Of a stretch of 27,981 nt of DNA, positions 26,199 through 27,981 are shown piece by piece. Source of the stretch: Candidatus Zixiibacteriota bacterium (GTDB lineage: Bacteria > Zixibacteria > MSB-5A5 > GN15 > FEB-12); contig JBGSIV010000233.1 in assembly GCA_041742355.1 (NCBI GenBank), positions 1-27,981 of the forward strand. Reading direction: 5' to 3'. Both the position numbers and the translations under genes were made by a program. How positions within the stretch are numbered: position 1 is the first letter of the stretch; every line of letters starts with the position of its first letter. The notes below the pieces were generated by a model. That model worked only from the letters and a program-made list of their open reading frames with translations, made no database searches and was not told the origin of the DNA.

Positions 26199-26227
26199 TT
26201 GACGGTCCTCCCCCGTCGATCTATCCT
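26199..26227 (+). promoter_or_regulatory. Putative sigma70 promoter for the PRTase-dprA operon
   Basis: TTGACG-N17-TATCCT. Confidence 0.55.
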
Positions 26228-26275
26228 TCGGCGGGATACGAAGGATACGGGATACATCCGCCGTAGGTCATAAAC

Positions 26276-27163
26276 ATGCGGGGAGGCATGGTTACAATCG
26301 CACGGCCGCCGGCCAGCCGCACAACGCTGGCATGGCACGAACTGCAGCAGATACAGACCAACGAGTGGGTGCTCAAACTCCGCCCGCCCTACTACGGGCA
26401 GGTGTTCGATGATATCCTGCCGGAAATCAACGCCAGGTCCACCACCGGCTGGCGCGTGGCCAAGAGCGGGATGGTCGCCTGGGCGGTGTTTCGAGATCTC
26501 TCGGCGCGCGAGATCGCCCTGATCAACGATTTCGCCCGGGACTACGGCCAGTACGTGCTGCTCGGAATGAACGCGAATATCGAGGGGTATTTCCTGGAAG
26601 ATCTCGACGGCTGCCTCGCGCTGGACTACAACTTCGCCGACGGCCACAGCCGGTCGTACACGCAGGTCGGCGAACTGGTGTACCACGCCAAGTACCGCAA
26701 GTCGATCGCCGCCGCGGAGGAACTCGGACGGCGACTGGCCGAAGCGATCCACCGCGTGCCGACCTTCGGCTGCGAGGGGCAGCGGTGTATTTCGTATGTC
26801 CCGCCGGGGCGTCACAAACGGTTCGATCTCCCCCGCATTCTCTCTAAGCTCCTCGTGGAATACGGGTGGTGCACGATGCCCCTGCGCGACTATGAGCCGC
26901 TGGTGAGCCCCGAACTGGCCCCGGCCAAGCCGGATTTCAAGCGGCTGACAATCGGCGAGAAAATCCGTGTGTGGGAACGTCTGCTCGGACGCGGGGTGAC
27001 CTTGTCATCGGGCGTAGCCGGGGCGGTGGTGTATGTAATCGATGACCTCTACCAATCGGGGGTAACGATGTGGTCGTATGCGCGGTATTTGAAAGCGGCG
27101 GGGGCGAGCGGGGTGTTCGGGCTGGTGTGCGAGAAATCGCGCGGGGACAGGGACAACCGATGA
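26276..27163 (+). CDS. ComF-like phosphoribosyltransferase (PRTase) with an extra N-terminal domain
   Basis: GELVYHAKY, YVPP, PRPP-binding loop VYVIDDLYQSGVT followed by YLKAAGASGVFGL; ATGA overlap with dprA. Confidence 0.82.
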   Translation: MRGGMVTIARPPASRTTLAWHELQQIQTNEWVLKLRPPYYGQVFDDILPEINARSTTGWRVAKSGMVAWAVFRDLSAREIALINDFARDYGQYVLLGMNANIEGYFLEDLDGCLALDYNFADGHSRSYTQVGELVYHAKYRKSIAAAEELGRRLAEAIHRVPTFGCEGQRCISYVPPGRHKRFDLPRILSKLLVEYGWCTMPLRDYEPLVSPELAPAKPDFKRLTIGEKIRVWERLLGRGVTLSSGVAGAVVYVIDDLYQSGVTMWSYARYLKAAGASGVFGLVCEKSRGDRDNR

Positions 27164-27981
27164 GCCGCGAAGTAGCGATCATCCAGCTCATGCTGACACC
27201 CGGCGTGGGGGCGCGGTCGATGGCGCGGCTGCTGATGCGACTGCGATCGGAGCGTTACGCGGTGGAGGATTTCGCGGCCGCGCCGGTGGCGGAGCTGATG
27301 TACGAGTTCGGGCTGCCGCAGATGGCGGCCGAGGCGATGCTGGCGGCGCGCGATGAAGCGGAGACGCTTGCAAACACGCTCGCGGAGCACGAGGTGGGCA
27401 TGATCACGCTGGCCGATGAAGCGTATCCGGCCAACCTGGCGCGGCGGTTGGGGCGAATGGCGCCACCGGTGCTCTTTGCACGGGGGGATTCGGGGTTTCT
27501 GGGGCGGCCGATGGTCGGGTTTGCCGGTGTGCGCGAGGGGAGCGAAGCGGGACTGGCTTTGGCACAGGAGATTGCCTCGGCGTTGGCCCATGACGGCGTG
27601 AATGTCGTCAGCGGCTACGCGCCGGGAATCGATACGGCAGCACACTTCGGAGCGGTGAGTGCAGGAGGGACGACGACAGCTGTCCTGGCGTCCGGGATAC
27701 TGCACTTCTCGCCCCGGGGGGAACTGGCGGCCTTCTGTGATGAGAACAACCTGCTCGTCGTGTCGGAGTTCTTCCCCACCATGCCGTGGAAAAGCCACAG
27801 CGCGATGCAGCGCAACAAGACGATCGGCGGACTCGTAGGAAGCATGGTGATTGTCGAATCCGGGGCTGCCGGCGGGACGTTTGCGGCCGGGACAACGGCG
27901 CTGGAGATCGGCTGCCCGCTCTACGTGATCGATTGGCCGGAGCCGCAGCCGGGTGCGGCGGGCATCGGCGAGTTGATCCGG
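27160..27981 (+). CDS. dprA: DprA/Smf-family DNA-processing protein, partial (runs off the right edge)
   Basis: Not in the ORF track. MSREVAIIQLMLTPGVG (HhH/SAM-like), YPANL...PPVLFARG, VVSGYAPGIDTAAHFGA, VSEF, AMQRN, VIVESGAAGGT. Confidence 0.92.
   Translation, partial: MSREVAIIQLMLTPGVGARSMARLLMRLRSERYAVEDFAAAPVAELMYEFGLPQMAAEAMLAARDEAETLANTLAEHEVGMITLADEAYPANLARRLGRMAPPVLFARGDSGFLGRPMVGFAGVREGSEAGLALAQEIASALAHDGVNVVSGYAPGIDTAAHFGAVSAGGTTTAVLASGILHFSPRGELAAFCDENNLLVVSEFFPTMPWKSHSAMQRNKTIGGLVGSMVIVESGAAGGTFAAGTTALEIGCPLYVIDWPEPQPGAAGIGELIR

Overview
GC-rich bacterial chromosomal window. A secreted LVIVD protein ending in a TSP3 repeat and a Cys-flanked dockerin suggests candidate division Zixibacteria or a relative (inference). 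Core genes are lon-engB-purA-FKBP, tRNA-Lys(UUU), a two-subunit M16 peptidase operon, asnS and thyX. Accessory genes include a truncated secreted beta-helix protein, a lipoprotein, an SDR, a membrane-anchored probable pseudokinase, a GT-C-like/TPR membrane protein, a small membrane gene frameshifted at a G6 run, a 21-repeat LVIVD-dockerin protein and an NDUFA9-like SDR. The right end looks like a small defence/mobility hotspot: an AlbA_2(Schlafen)-ATPase-HTH gene, an amber-interrupted REP-associated tyrosine transposase (RAYT) flanked by its own REP palindromes, and a translationally coupled PRTase-DprA (ShosTA-like) pair. The same REP family recurs at two distant intergenic sites in mosaics with other REP families. 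Two unannotated structured-RNA candidates (2088-2305 on +, about 19689-19780 on -) and several recurrent promoter/operator motifs were also found. All calls come from reading motifs by eye; no searches were run.
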